A DNA stretch of 64,000 bases from an uncultured Bradyrhizobium sp. (GCF_964252615.1 NZ_CAXUNQ010000018.1:15528-79527), one strand, 5' to 3'. Positions 37,018 to 46,917 are shown, counted from the first letter of the stretch. Notes: generated by a model from the letters alone, not told the origin. Program-made: numbers and translations.

Positions 37018-37677
37018 TCACCGAGCCGACGTCGCAAGCTCGGTCGGTGGCCGGCCGCGTCGCGTCCTGTCCGGCGAAGCGCCGAACAGCTTCTTCAAGT
37101 CGTTGATGCCCTCGGAAAGCCGGGGCCAGTTGCACGAAAACGAATCCCTGGCGCAGGCTGCATTCGCCGGCCGAGCACCGGGGCTGCCGGCGGTGACCAC
37201 CCGCGGCTTGTTCGTTACCGCAGGCGCTGCCGGCTTGCTTTGGCTCTGCAGCGCTTCATGCTGTAGCTGCTTCTGGAGCTGCTGCTGCTTCTGAGCGAAT
37301 GCCGCGGCGATGGCGCTGCGCCGCTCGCGGCCGAGATAGGCGGCATATTGCTCGTTGATATACTTCTGCTCTTCCGCGGTCGGGTTCGGGCCGGCGATGT
37401 CGAAATGCCGGTTCTGCATGAAGTCGAAATAGCTGTAGCCGCCGCCGGCCTTGCGCCGCGCGGCGAATTTCACGCCGCACTCAGCAAGCTGCGCCGCCTT
37501 GGCATCCGCGGCCTTGCCGGCAATCTCCGCGCATTCCTCATAGTCGGCCGGGCTGCGCACTCCCCACCATTGCGCCTGCGCGCGCGCCGAAAGGAGGGCG
37601 ACGCAGCAGACGATTGCGGCAAGCAACAGCACGGATTGACGGGACGCATTCACAGGCGATCTTCTCAGAGTATGCAA
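37018..37677 (-). CDS. secreted hypothetical protein
   Basis: 219 aa. Signal peptide ..LLLAAIVCCVALLSARAQA|Q, then a Gln-rich coiled segment. No family recognised. Confidence 0.55.
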   Translation of the reverse strand: MHTLRRSPVNASRQSVLLLAAIVCCVALLSARAQAQWWGVRSPADYEECAEIAGKAADAKAAQLAECGVKFAARRKAGGGYSYFDFMQNRHFDIAGPNPTAEEQKYINEQYAAYLGRERRSAIAAAFAQKQQQLQKQLQHEALQSQSKPAAPAVTNKPRVVTAGSPGARPANAACARDSFSCNWPRLSEGINDLKKLFGASPDRTRRGRPPTELATSAR

Positions 37678-37817
37678 CCGGTAATTTACCGTATTCAGGA
37701 CCCGGTTGTCAGCCGGGAAATGGCTTTCCTGTTTCTATTTCCGCAACGGGTTCCGGGTGGCGATGCCGCCGCCGCTCTGATATGAGCTTGCCAAGACCGC
37801 GCTTGTCGGAGGTCTTC

Positions 37818-37894
<77 letters not shown>

Positions 37895-38250
37895 CGCTGC
37901 CGCAGACGCGGGCTCGCTTAGCCGCAGTGGCGGCGCGCGAGTGGTGCATTTCTATTTGAATGCAAATCATGCGGCATCAGTAGAGGCGCCTTGATTAGAC
38001 GGTCCGCTTCCGGGCCGGGCTGCAATCAGCGCTGCTGTTTTGCGAGCAGCCGGCGCTCGACGCTGGTGAGCCGCCGTCCTGCGAGCTAACGACCGCACCT
38101 TGAATTATCGCTCTCGAAAAAGCGTCCGTCCGAAGACGTCAACTATATACATCTCTAGGTCGAGCCCGAGGGGTTTGCGGTTATATGGAGAAACATACGA
38201 CATGACGATTGCATTTCTGCAACGCGGCCAGGCTGCAAGGAAGTCCCATC

Positions 38251-39228
38251 ATGAACCGTCGCCGGTTTCTTCGGCTGCTGCCCGTGTCGGTTCTGATCGC
38301 GAGCGCCGCACGTAGCGCTTACGCGGCCTCCGAATGGCCAGTGCGCCCGATTCGGATCGTCGTTCCGTTTCCACCCGGCGGCAGCGTCGATACGCTTGCC
38401 CGGGTGATCGGTCCGGCGCTCTCGGACCGTTTCGGCCAAGCGATCGTCATCGACAACAGGTCGGGAGCCGGCGGCGCGATCGGGACCGCCGAAGCCGCAC
38501 GTTCGCCCGCCGACGGCTATACGCTGCTGATGGTGTACGACACCCATGCGGTCAATCATCACCTCCATAGGCGATTACCCTACGACACCTTCACGGCGTT
38601 CCGGCCGATCAGTTTGCTCGCAACATCGCCGATGGTCTTGATAACGCCCACCCGTCTGGAGGTGAGAACGGTGGAGGATCTGATTGCGTTGGCGCGATCG
38701 CGCCCCGAAGGGCTCAGTGTCGGCCACGCCGGAGCAGGCAGCTCGAACCAGCTGCTAGCGTTGCAATTTTCTTCGCAGGCCAACATCACGATCAACCAGA
38801 TACCCTATCGCGGCGCCGCCCCGATGTTGAACGACGTCGTCGGCGGTCATTTGGATTTCGTGATCTCGGCGCTTCCGGCGGTGCTGCCGCAGGTGAAAGC
38901 CGGGACCGTGCGCGCGCTTGCGGTGACGACCGCGAAGGCCGCCCCGCAGCTTCCCGACGTCCCGCCCCTCGCAACTGCCGTGCCGGGCTTCGAAGGACGT
39001 TCCTGGGTCGGCCTGCTGGTGCCGGCGGCGGTGCCCGACCCGGCGGCCGAACAGTTGGAACAGGCCGTCAGGACCATTCTCAACGACCGGGCCATTCGCG
39101 CGCGGCTGGAGGAGACGGGCTATCACGTGGAGGGCAGCGACGCCGGTACCTTCCTGTCGTTCCTGCACGCCGAATCCGACCGTTGGGGCGCCGTCATCAA
39201 GCGGTATGGAATCTCGTCTTCGGAATGA
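38251..39228 (+). CDS. Bug-family (TctC-like) tripartite tricarboxylate transporter substrate-binding protein
   Basis: Starts at ATG 38251. Tat-like MNRRRFLRLL signal, then PIRIVVPFPPGGSVDTLARVIGP.. and ..IPYRGAAPMLNDVVGGHLDF. Confidence 0.88.
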   Translation: MNRRRFLRLLPVSVLIASAARSAYAASEWPVRPIRIVVPFPPGGSVDTLARVIGPALSDRFGQAIVIDNRSGAGGAIGTAEAARSPADGYTLLMVYDTHAVNHHLHRRLPYDTFTAFRPISLLATSPMVLITPTRLEVRTVEDLIALARSRPEGLSVGHAGAGSSNQLLALQFSSQANITINQIPYRGAAPMLNDVVGGHLDFVISALPAVLPQVKAGTVRALAVTTAKAAPQLPDVPPLATAVPGFEGRSWVGLLVPAAVPDPAAEQLEQAVRTILNDRAIRARLEETGYHVEGSDAGTFLSFLHAESDRWGAVIKRYGISSSE

Positions 39229-39413
39229 GGCGGCCGTTCAGGGCGTCATTTAGCGGACGACGCCCGCCAATTCCGCAGGTCGAGAGCCGATGAGCATGTT
39301 TGCACCGTGCAAATCATGCGATATTGTTTTTTATCTATAACGTCCGCCGGACACTCGCAGCATCGGGCAATCGCCGCGTTTGCAGCCGATGCTGCCGTCA
39401 TTTGGAGAACCAT

Positions 39414-40574
39414 GTGCGCATCTCCGTAATGGGCGGAGGCCCCGGCGGTCTCTATTTCGCCACGCTGTGGAAGCAGCGCCACCCGGATGCGCAGATCGAT
39501 CTGTTCGAACAGAATCCCGCCGGCGCCACATGGGGGTTTGGCGTGGTGTTTTCCGAACAGGCGCTTGAATTCCTGCGTGCTGACGATCCCGACACGGTCG
39601 ACGCCATCGCGCCGCGGATGCAGCGTTGGAACAACATCACCCTGAATTTGCGCGGCGAAAGCATCGAGATCGACGGCGTCGGCTTCTCCTCGATCGGCCG
39701 GCTCGACCTGCTCGCCATCCTGCAGCAGCGCGTTCATGCGGTCGGGGTCACGCCGCGTTACCAGACGCCGGTCCAATCGATCGACGAACTGAAAGGCTAC
39801 GACCTGATCGTCGCGGCGGACGGTCTCAACTCACTGGTGCGGCGCGCCTTCGAGGGCGATTTCGGCACCTCGGTGTCGTATTCCGTGAACAAATTCGCGT
39901 GGTATGGCACACCTAAACGGTTCGAGACGCTGTCGCAGACCTTTGTCGAAACCGGACTCGGCGCTTTCAACGCGCATCACTACAGGTACGCGCCCGACAT
40001 GAGTACATTCCTGGTCGAATGTGATCGCGAGACGTGGCGGCGCTATGGTTTTGCCGACAAGACGGTCGAGGAGTCCAAGGCTGTTTGCGAAACGGTGTTC
40101 GCAAGCACGCTCGACGGAGAGCCGCTGGTTTCGAACAAATCGGTATGGCGCAATTTTCCATGGATATGGAACGAACACTGGTCGTTCAAGAACATGGTGC
40201 TGATCGGCGATGCGCTGCATTCCGCGCATTTCTCGATCGGGTCCGGCACCCGCCTTGCGATGGAAGACGGCATCGCGCTGGTCAAGGCGCTGGAAACGGA
40301 GCGCGACATCCCCGCAGCGCTCGCGCGTTATGAAGCCGGGCGCAAGCCGATCGTGAAGAAGCTGGTCGCTGCCGCGCGCGCCAGCGCGGCCTGGTACGAA
40401 CAATTTCCCGAACACATGAAGCTCGGCCTGATGGATTTTGCCCTCAGCTACATCACCCGATCGGGACGGATCGATGACGCGCGGCTGCGCGCCATGTCGC
40501 CGCTGTTCATGGCACGCTATGAAGCCTCGCAACATGCGGCGCGTGCATCGCGCGGCGGCGGGAACAGGAAATGA
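39414..40574 (+). CDS. FAD-dependent monooxygenase resembling the N-terminal hydroxylase module of salicylyl-CoA 5-hydroxylase / 2-aminobenzoyl-CoA monooxygenase-reductase
   Basis: GTG 39414 follows GGAGA. Motifs: RISVMGGGPGGLYFATLWKQRHPDAQIDLFEQN..WGFGVVFS, DLIVAADGLNS, GDALHSAHFSIGSGTRLAMEDG. The stop overlaps the next ATG (ATGA). Confidence 0.75.
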   Translation: MRISVMGGGPGGLYFATLWKQRHPDAQIDLFEQNPAGATWGFGVVFSEQALEFLRADDPDTVDAIAPRMQRWNNITLNLRGESIEIDGVGFSSIGRLDLLAILQQRVHAVGVTPRYQTPVQSIDELKGYDLIVAADGLNSLVRRAFEGDFGTSVSYSVNKFAWYGTPKRFETLSQTFVETGLGAFNAHHYRYAPDMSTFLVECDRETWRRYGFADKTVEESKAVCETVFASTLDGEPLVSNKSVWRNFPWIWNEHWSFKNMVLIGDALHSAHFSIGSGTRLAMEDGIALVKALETERDIPAALARYEAGRKPIVKKLVAAARASAAWYEQFPEHMKLGLMDFALSYITRSGRIDDARLRAMSPLFMARYEASQHAARASRGGGNRK

Positions 40575-42205
40575 GCGCCCCGGATTCTGACAAAGCCCGC
40601 GGGATCGCCGACAAGGTGCCTTATGACAGTCCCGGCGCCTTGGAGATCGGTTTTTCGATTCCGCAAGCCTATAACGCCAGCCGTATCCTGTTCGACAATC
40701 TTTCTGCCGGCCGCGGCGACAGGCTCGCGCTCACCGGGCCCGGCGGAACGCGCACATATTCGGAGCTCTGCGCGGACGCCTCGCGATGGGGGCATGGCTT
40801 TACGTCGTTGGGCCTGCGGCGCGGCGATCGCATCCTGATGTTTTGTGACGATACGCCGGCTTATCCGGCGGCTTTGTTCGGCGCGGTGCGCGCCGGCTTC
40901 GTCCCGCTGCTGATCAACACATTGACGCCGCCGGATCTGCTGCAGTTTTATCTCGCGGATTCCGCCGCCTCGGTCGCGGTCGCCGATGCGGAGTTTTCTG
41001 CGCAGTTCGACGCCGTGGCCTGCAAGGATACCCAATTGCGGACCCTGATCGTCGTCGGCAGCCCGGCAGGCAGCGACGCGGTGCCGCACGCGGTAATGGC
41101 CGAGCAGTGGCTGCGGGATTTCCCCGCAGGGCTTGCAGAAGCCGGCACGCATCGCAACGAGATGGCATTCTGGATGTATTCGTCGGGCTCGACCGGGCGG
41201 CCCAAGGGCATCGTCCATCTGCAGCACGACATGGCTTACAGCGAAGCCGCGTTCGCACGCAACGTGTTGAAGCTCGAGCCGGACGACGTCTGCTTTTCGG
41301 TGCCGAAGATTTTTTTCGCCTATGGTTTTGGCAATTCCATCACCTTCCCGTTTTCCGTCGGTGCGACGACATTGCTGCTCCCGGGCCAGCCGAAACCGGC
41401 GGCGATCTTTGCGGCGATCGAGCGTTTTCGTCCCACCGTATTCTTCGGATTGCCGACGCTCTATACCTCGCTCACCAAGGCGGATGGCGCATCCACAGTC
41501 GATTTCTCGTCGCTTCGAATGGCATTGTCCGCCGCCGAGGTGCTTTCGTCAGACGTATTCGACGCTTGGAAGCGACTCACCGGCGTCGAGATCGTGGAAG
41601 GACTGGGCTCTACTGAAGTCCTTCACATCTACCTGTCCAACCGCCTGGAGAAGAAAAAGCCGGGCGCCGCGGGTGCGCGCATTCCCGGCTATGAAATCCA
41701 GTTGAAGGACAAGGACGGCCGCGACGTCGGCGACAACGAGGAGGGCATCTTGTGGGTGCGCGGCGATTCCAGCACGCCATTGTACTGGAACCGGCCGGAC
41801 AAGACCGCCGAAACCATCCGCGAGGCGGGGTGGATTTACACCGGCGACCGCTTCGTTCGCGACTGCGACGGCTTTTATTTCTTTCGCGGTCGTGCCGACG
41901 ACCTGATCAAGATATCCGGCCAATGGGTTTATCCGCTCGAAGTCGAGCTTTGTCTCGCCGAGCATCCGGACGTGCGCGAATGCGCCGTGTTCGCCGTCGA
42001 GCTGCCGGACCGGCGCATGACGCTGAAGGCCGCGGTGGTGATGAATGGCGGCGCGTATGACCCGATCGCTAGCACGAAGACGCTGCAGGACTATGTCAAG
42101 GCAAAGCTGCTGCCTTACAAATATCCGCGCGAGATCAGGTTTCTCGACGAGCTGCCGAAGACAGGTACCGGCAAGATCGATCGTCAGGCGCTGCCGAAGC
42201 TGTAG
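40571..42205 (+). CDS. benzoate-CoA ligase family (aryl-carboxylate--CoA ligase), AMP-forming
   Basis: 544 aa. Motifs: YNASRILFDN, WMYSSGSTGRPKGIVH, YTGDRF, GRADDLIKISGQWV, PKTGTGKIDR. Confidence 0.88.
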   Translation: MSAPDSDKARGIADKVPYDSPGALEIGFSIPQAYNASRILFDNLSAGRGDRLALTGPGGTRTYSELCADASRWGHGFTSLGLRRGDRILMFCDDTPAYPAALFGAVRAGFVPLLINTLTPPDLLQFYLADSAASVAVADAEFSAQFDAVACKDTQLRTLIVVGSPAGSDAVPHAVMAEQWLRDFPAGLAEAGTHRNEMAFWMYSSGSTGRPKGIVHLQHDMAYSEAAFARNVLKLEPDDVCFSVPKIFFAYGFGNSITFPFSVGATTLLLPGQPKPAAIFAAIERFRPTVFFGLPTLYTSLTKADGASTVDFSSLRMALSAAEVLSSDVFDAWKRLTGVEIVEGLGSTEVLHIYLSNRLEKKKPGAAGARIPGYEIQLKDKDGRDVGDNEEGILWVRGDSSTPLYWNRPDKTAETIREAGWIYTGDRFVRDCDGFYFFRGRADDLIKISGQWVYPLEVELCLAEHPDVRECAVFAVELPDRRMTLKAAVVMNGGAYDPIASTKTLQDYVKAKLLPYKYPREIRFLDELPKTGTGKIDRQALPKL

Positions 42206-42325
42206 CCTCTACGCCTCGACACACTCGCCGTCGTCCTCGCGCAGGCGGGCACCCATAGCTACCGTGCTCGCGGCTCGCGCATGATGGTTGCAACGTCTCA
42301 TTCCAATCGAAAATTCCGGGCGTAT

Positions 42326-42490
42326 GGGTCCCCGCCTGCGCGGGGACGACGATGGAGGATATCGCGGTCCACAGGAACCCGCCCTTCAACGAGTCGTTCT
42401 CGCGAAGGCGGAGACCCATAACCCGTTCCAAGCCATACATTCGACCGTCATCCTGAGGAGCCGCGCTTGCGCGGCGTCTCGAAGGATGGC
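42326..42490. repeat. REP-like hairpin elements, family E
   Basis: GTCCCCGC-CTGC-GCGGGGAC at 42327-42346, and CGTCATCCTGAGGAGCCGCGCTTGCGCGGCGTCTCGAAGGATGGC at 42446-42490. Confidence 0.55.
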
Positions 42491-42551
42491 CACGAGCGCG
42501 GTCGAGGCCATCATGCATTGGCGACTGCGCGGAGCCCGGCGGCGGTTCCAG

Positions 42552-43745
42552 CTAGCCCGCCAATCCCGTCCCGCCGTAGAGCCAGGCGAGGTCGTCGTAG
42601 TAATCTTCCGACGCCTTTGCGCTCATGATGGCGTTGCGGATGCGGGCATGTTCGCCGGCGGGGTGGTAGATGTGTTCGCCGATGGCGCGGGACAGCAATT
42701 GCACCCGCGCGGTGCGGGGAAAACGCTGCTTGTTATAGTTCTCAAGCGCGGTGACGGTATCGCCCGGCGACGCGCCCAACAGATACGACAGGCAGACCGC
42801 GTCTTCCAGCGCCATGCAGGCGCCCTGCGCGAAATACTGCATCATCGGGTGCGCCGCATCGCCGAGCAGCGCGACGCGGCCGTCGATCCAACGCTCGACC
42901 GGGTCGCGGTCGCATAGCACCCACAGCTTCCAGTTGCTGCCGTGACGGATGATGCTTTGTGCCCGCGCGTGCACGTGGTGGAAACCCTGCATGACCTCGT
43001 CGTCGGACACCGGTTGGCCCGCCACCGGCTCCGGCGCGTCGTTGTGGCAGGTGACGACGAGGTTGAACACCTTCCAGCCCGACAGCGGGTAGTGCACGAT
43101 GTGGCATTTGGGACCGGCCCACAGCGTGGCGGCGTTCCAGCGCAGATCATCCGGCATCTCCCCGGTCGGAATTACCGACCGGTAGGTAGTGTGGCCGGAA
43201 ACCCGCGGCGCGCCGTCGCCGACAAGCTGTTTGCGGATGTTGGACCATAAGCCGTCCGCGCCGATCAGCAGCGCTCCGGTGATGCCCTCGCCGGAGGCGA
43301 GGCGGGCCGTCACCGTGGAGCCGTCCTGATCGTAGCCGGTAACCTCGCTGTTCACCCGCAATTCGATCAGGCTGTGGTTCCGGCAGGCGTTGAGTAACAC
43401 GCCATGCAGGTCGCCGCGATGAACCACCGCATAGGGATTGCCGAAGCGCGCGCGGAAGGCGTCGCGCAAGTCGACATGGGTGATTTCCTCGGCGCTGAGG
43501 GCGTCCATCAGGCGAAGCCGGTCGATGTAAACCGCCATGCCGCGCGCGGCCTCGCCGACGCCGAGATAGTCGAAGGCATGAAATGCGTTGGGCCCGAGCT
43601 GAATTCCCGCGCCGATCTCGCCGAGCGTTGTGGCTTTCTCAAGCAAGATGGAACGCAAGCCTTTTTGCGCGAGGCCGAGTGCCGCGGCGAGACCGCCGAT
43701 GCCTCCGCCCGCGATCAGGACAGGCCGTGCGCTCACCGCCGACAC
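42552..43745 (-). CDS. 3-hydroxybenzoate 6-monooxygenase-like FAD hydroxylase (salicylate-hydroxylase family)
   Basis: Motifs: VLIAGGGIGGLAAALGLAQKG, GADGLWSNIR, LLGDAAHPMMQYFAQGACMALEDA. Start is GTG 43745, with GTG 43736 or TTG 43751 as alternatives. The specific call rests on the gentisate-pathway context. Confidence 0.8.
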   Translation of the reverse strand: MSAVSARPVLIAGGGIGGLAAALGLAQKGLRSILLEKATTLGEIGAGIQLGPNAFHAFDYLGVGEAARGMAVYIDRLRLMDALSAEEITHVDLRDAFRARFGNPYAVVHRGDLHGVLLNACRNHSLIELRVNSEVTGYDQDGSTVTARLASGEGITGALLIGADGLWSNIRKQLVGDGAPRVSGHTTYRSVIPTGEMPDDLRWNAATLWAGPKCHIVHYPLSGWKVFNLVVTCHNDAPEPVAGQPVSDDEVMQGFHHVHARAQSIIRHGSNWKLWVLCDRDPVERWIDGRVALLGDAAHPMMQYFAQGACMALEDAVCLSYLLGASPGDTVTALENYNKQRFPRTARVQLLSRAIGEHIYHPAGEHARIRNAIMSAKASEDYYDDLAWLYGGTGLAG

Positions 43746-43747
43746 CG

Positions 43748-44257
43748 TCAACCCGATTTCTTGAAATGTTCGAGGGCGTCCTCGGCCCGCAGCGGTACCC
43801 GCGACGCCTCGTTGTTGAGATCGACCAGCTGCGTCATCAGCGCCAGCAGGGTCTCGCGATCCTTCGGCTTCAGCGGCTGCAACATGCGCGCCTGCGCGCG
43901 ATCGACCGAGGGCATGATCGTGCGCAGCATGGCTTCTCCGGCTTCGGTCAAGGTGAGCAGCTTGACCCGCTTGTCCTCGCGCGCCGGCTTGCGTTGCACA
44001 TAAGCCTTCGTCTCCAGCCGTTCGATGACGTTGCCCAGCGTCGAACGGTCGAAGGCGATCACCGCAGAGAGCCTGGTCGCGTCGATGCCGGGATGGGTTC
44101 GAATAGCGACCAGTGCCGCGTATTGCACCGGCGTCAGGCCGCAGGCCCGGCACTCTTCGACAAAAATCGCAACCGCGATCTGCTGCATCCGGCGAAACAG
44201 ATACCCCGGCTTGGTGTAGACGGCATCCATCGTGACATCAGCGGCTTTATTCGGCAT
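43748..44257 (-). CDS. MarR-family transcriptional regulator
   Basis: Winged HTH: ..LTPVQYAALVAIRTHPGIDATRLSAVIAFDRSTLGNVIERLETKAYVQR. The start is ambiguous (44287, 44257 or 44230). Confidence 0.85.
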   Translation of the reverse strand: MPNKAADVTMDAVYTKPGYLFRRMQQIAVAIFVEECRACGLTPVQYAALVAIRTHPGIDATRLSAVIAFDRSTLGNVIERLETKAYVQRKPAREDKRVKLLTLTEAGEAMLRTIMPSVDRAQARMLQPLKPKDRETLLALMTQLVDLNNEASRVPLRAEDALEHFKKSG

Positions 44258-44876
44258 CGGGCTGCCGGTCGGGTGCGGCGTCCGCAAACGCCTGGACGAT
44301 CATGGCCGCGGCTTCGGCCTTCAGCAGCCGCGGAAACGCTTCAAGTTCGACACCAAAGCGACGCGCATTCGCAAGCTGCGGCACCAGGCAGAGATCCGCG
44401 ACGGTTGGCGCCGCGCCGAAGCAGAACGGGCCGGCTTCATCTGCGATTAGCGTCTCGCATGCGGCAAGGCCTTGGCGGTTGGCCCATGCCGCCCACTCGA
44501 TCACCTGCTCCTCCGGCAGACCGAGATGTCTTAGGCGTGCCAGCACTTTGAGATTCTGCACCGGATGGGTATCGCAGGCGAGCACCATCGCGAACGCGCG
44601 CACTTTTGCGCGACGCAGCGCATCCTGCGGCAGCAGCGGCGGGTCGGGATGGGTCTCGTCGAGCCATTCGATAATGGCGAGCGATTGGGTCAGGACGACG
44701 CCGTCGTCGTCAAGCGTCGGCACCAGCCCCTGCGGATTGATCGCGAGATAAGCGGGGTCGCGTTGTTCGCCCTTGCGAAGATGGTGCGGCAGGTGGTCGG
44801 CGGTCATGCCCTTCAAATTCAGAGCAATCCTGACCCGATATGACGCGCTGCTGCGAAAATAGCCGTGCAGCTTCAT
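44247..44876 (-). CDS. maleylpyruvate/maleylacetoacetate isomerase (zeta-class GST)
   Basis: ATG 44876 follows GGGAGG. Motifs: MKLHGYFRSSASYRVRIALNLKG, INPQGLVPTL, LTQSLAIIEWLDE. Confidence 0.88.
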   Translation of the reverse strand: MKLHGYFRSSASYRVRIALNLKGMTADHLPHHLRKGEQRDPAYLAINPQGLVPTLDDDGVVLTQSLAIIEWLDETHPDPPLLPQDALRRAKVRAFAMVLACDTHPVQNLKVLARLRHLGLPEEQVIEWAAWANRQGLAACETLIADEAGPFCFGAAPTVADLCLVPQLANARRFGVELEAFPRLLKAEAAAMIVQAFADAAPDRQPDAE

Positions 44877-44982
44877 CGCAACCTCCCGTTTTTTTGTTGA
44901 TACGGCTTTCTGCATTGACGCTACCCAATTTGTAAGTATGCTGTCAATTAATCCGAACAACAAGGACAGCGGGAGGCCGGTT

Positions 44983-46026
44983 ATGGATCATGCCGTACAG
45001 AAGACCCCGGAACGCGAAGCGTTCTATCGCAGGATCGACGGCGAAAATCTCACCGCGCTGTGGACCGTGATGGGCGACCTGATCACGCCCGAGCCTAGGA
45101 GCGGCTGCCGGGCGCATCTGTGGCGCTTCGACGCCATCCGTAATTACATGATGGAAGCCGGCCGGCTCATCACCGCCAAGGAAGCCGAACGGCGGGTGCT
45201 GGTGCTGGAAAATCCGGGGCTGCGCGGCCAATCGAAAATCACCACGTCCCTCTATGCAGGCGTGCAACTGGTGATGCCCGGGGAAGTCGCCCCGGCGCAT
45301 CGCCATAGTCAATCCGCGTTGCGCTTCATCCTGGAGGGCAAGGGCGCCCATACCTCGGTCGACGGCGAGCGGACCTTGATGGAGCCCGGCGATTTCGTCA
45401 TCACGCCGTCGATGAAATGGCATGACCACGGCAACCAGACTTCCGAGCCGATGTTCTGGCTGGACGGACTGGATATTCCGCTGGTGCAGTTTTTCGATGC
45501 ATCGTTCGCGGAAGGGTCTGATGAAGACGAGCAGAAGGTGACGCGCCCGGAGGGCGACAGCTTTGCGCGCTACGGCCACAACCTGCTGCCGGTCGATCTC
45601 AAGCGCGCCTCGCAGGCTTCGCCGATCTTCAATTATCCGTATAGTTACACGCGCCAGGCGCTGGAGCAGGCGAAAAAGCGCGAGGAGTGGGACCCCTGCC
45701 ACGGGCTGAAGCTGAAGTTTTCCAATCCCGCCACCGGCGATTTCGCGATGCCTACCATCGGCACCTTTATTCAATTGCTGCCGAAGCAATTCAAGACCGC
45801 GCGCTACCGTTCGACCGACGCCACGGTGTTTGCGCCGATCGAAGGCCGCGGCCGCTCGCGGATCGGCGAGCAGACGTTCGCGTGGGGCCCGCGCGATCTG
45901 TTCGTGGTGCCAAGCTGGCAGTGGGTCACCCACGAGGCCGACGAGGATGCGGTGCTGTTCAGCTTCTCGGACCGCCCGGTGCAGCAGAAGCTCGATCTGT
46001 TCCGCGAGGATCGCGGCAACGCGTGA
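44983..46026 (+). CDS. gentisate 1,2-dioxygenase (bicupin)
   Basis: ATG 44983 follows GGGAGG. Motifs: ..LYAGVQLVMPGEVAPAHRHSQSALRFILEGKGAHTSVDGE..GDFVITPSMKWHDHGN.. Confidence 0.9.
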   Translation: MDHAVQKTPEREAFYRRIDGENLTALWTVMGDLITPEPRSGCRAHLWRFDAIRNYMMEAGRLITAKEAERRVLVLENPGLRGQSKITTSLYAGVQLVMPGEVAPAHRHSQSALRFILEGKGAHTSVDGERTLMEPGDFVITPSMKWHDHGNQTSEPMFWLDGLDIPLVQFFDASFAEGSDEDEQKVTRPEGDSFARYGHNLLPVDLKRASQASPIFNYPYSYTRQALEQAKKREEWDPCHGLKLKFSNPATGDFAMPTIGTFIQLLPKQFKTARYRSTDATVFAPIEGRGRSRIGEQTFAWGPRDLFVVPSWQWVTHEADEDAVLFSFSDRPVQQKLDLFREDRGNA

Positions 46027-46080
46027 CAATAACCCGTAGGGCGCGCCTTGGCCCACCCTACGGATTCTCGCAACGAACGA

Positions 46081-46917
46081 TCAGCGCCAATGCAGCAGAC
46101 GCGTCTCTAAGAGGTTGATCAGCTTCCCGACCGCGAGCCCGAACAGCGACAGAATGACGACGCCGGCGAGCAGTTGATCGGTCTGCATCAGGTTGCCGGC
46201 CTGCAGCACGAACGCGCCGATGCCGAATTCGGCGCCGATCATCTCCGCGCTCACCACCAGCAGCAGCGCAACCGACGCGGTGATGCGAAAGCCGGCGAGG
46301 ATCGAGGGCAGCGCGCCCGGCCAGATCACCCGGCGCACGATGGTGTGGAACGGCACGTTAAAGCTTTGCGCCATGCGGATCAGGTTGCGCGGCACCTGGT
46401 CGACGCCGCTATAGACTGAAATCGCGGTCGAAAAGAAAACCCCGAGCGCGATGGTGGCGATCTTCGGCTCCTCGCCGATGCCGAGCCAGAGGATCAGCAG
46501 CGGCAGGAGCGCGATCTTTGGTATCGGAAACAAAGCCGAGATGAAGGTGATGCCGATGCCGCGCGCAAGGCTCGAGAGCCCGATGCCGAAGCCGGCGATC
46601 ACGCCGGCGATCGTGCCGAGCATCCACCCGGAGCCGATTCGCACCACCGATACCGACACGTGGTGCCAGAGCGCGCCACTGACGGCGAGCTGGTAGATCG
46701 CTCGCGCGATAGCGAGAGGCGTCGGAAGAAACAACGCGTTGACCCAGCCGGCGTTGCCGGCGAGTTGCCAAAACGCGACCACGGCGACAAGGGCGGTCCA
46801 GCCCGCATAGCGGCCCGATTTCGGGGTAAAGCCTGCGCCACGAAACGCCACCGGGCGCGTTTCGGCCTTGTGATTCTGTTGCGGCGAACCTGAGGCGTTT
46901 TCGAGGCGCTCAAGCAT
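46081..46917 (-). CDS. ABC transporter permease (NitT/TauT/SsuC type)
   Basis: 278 aa, with 6 TM segments and the EAA-like loop ..VDQVPRNLIRMAQSFNVP... The start overlaps the ATPase stop. Confidence 0.88.
   Translation of the reverse strand: MLERLENASGSPQQNHKAETRPVAFRGAGFTPKSGRYAGWTALVAVVAFWQLAGNAGWVNALFLPTPLAIARAIYQLAVSGALWHHVSVSVVRIGSGWMLGTIAGVIAGFGIGLSSLARGIGITFISALFPIPKIALLPLLILWLGIGEEPKIATIALGVFFSTAISVYSGVDQVPRNLIRMAQSFNVPFHTIVRRVIWPGALPSILAGFRITASVALLLVVSAEMIGAEFGIGAFVLQAGNLMQTDQLLAGVVILSLFGLAVGKLINLLETRLLHWR

Noticed and set aside
37895-38250. Integrase, att site or prophage remnant beside tRNA-Arg.
   Set aside because: There is no integrase-like ORF in any frame. Only a very short fragment is present (minus strand, ..LAGRRLTSVERRLLAKQQR*), with no assignable family, and I saw no repeat of the tRNA 3' end by eye.
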